64,000 bases of DNA. It comes from Candidatus Nanosyncoccus sp. GTDB lineage: Bacteria; Patescibacteriota; Saccharimonadia; Saccharimonadales; Saccharimonadaceae. Location of the stretch: the NCBI GenBank assembly GCA_045636645.1, contig JAZTXX010000018.1, forward strand, positions 2,896 through 66,895. The letters run 5' to 3'. Position numbers and translations under genes: made by a program. Of the stretch, positions 63,914-64,000 are shown in pieces. Position 1 is the stretch's first letter. Each line of letters begins with the position of its first letter. Under the pieces are notes generated by a model that worked only from the letters and a program-made list of their open reading frames with translations, had not been told where the DNA came from and did not search any database.

Positions 63914-64000
63914 TTGTTTTCTCCGTTTAGGTTATTATTGATTGTATTTTGAACTGTTGAAATGGGTGGGGGAGAGACCGGAATAGGCTGCGGCGGTGGA

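Overview
This is a densely coded bacterial chromosomal window using the standard genetic code (TGA is a stop, e.g. 7003-7005 and 32565-32567). I could not run a homology search. All calls rest on motifs readable in the supplied translations and on hand inspection of the DNA.

The left ~12.4 kb (1-12473) is accessory.
- A Type I R-M operon (hsdR partial, hsdM, hsdS) carries an embedded tyrosine recombinase and two silent hsdS cassettes. Three classes of repeats frame all three cassettes, which looks like an invertible specificity 'shufflon'.
- Next come an Mrr-type nuclease, a divergent pair (an unlisted 55-aa zinc-ribbon ORF and a 255-aa protein), a SpoVG-like gene and a rolling-circle-Rep-like gene.
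- A large serine recombinase ends the block. Its reading frame runs without any stop codon, antisense, through an intact tRNA-Gln(CUG) and into the next gene.

The remaining ~51 kb is housekeeping:
- alpha-glucan phosphorylase
- secE-nusG-rplK-(orphan gene)-rplA-(membrane gene)-rplJ-rplL
- two class-V aminotransferase/cysteine desulfurases
- dnaX, dnaB, ybaB, recR
- a phospholipid module (acyl-CoA ligase, cdsA, pgsA, HAD phosphatase)
- a DHH phosphoesterase and cysS
- tgt-queA-queH
- AI-2E and flippase-like membrane proteins
- a fused S11+M15 DD-carboxypeptidase
- a two-gene ABC exporter
- tmk-tdk, ung and dCMP deaminase
- typA, tatD, mnmA, a short alaS, an ftsA-like gene and a pseudouridine synthase
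- a receiver-domain protein with a Pro/Ala-rich tail

The gene content (salvage rather than biosynthesis, extended r-proteins) suggests a reduced-genome Patescibacteria/CPR, Saccharibacteria-like organism. That is inference only.

Two regulatory patterns recur. TGnTATAAT extended -10 boxes sit 6-9 nt before start codons, implying leaderless mRNAs, and are often back-to-back for divergent genes. Clean GC-stem/T-run terminators are also common.
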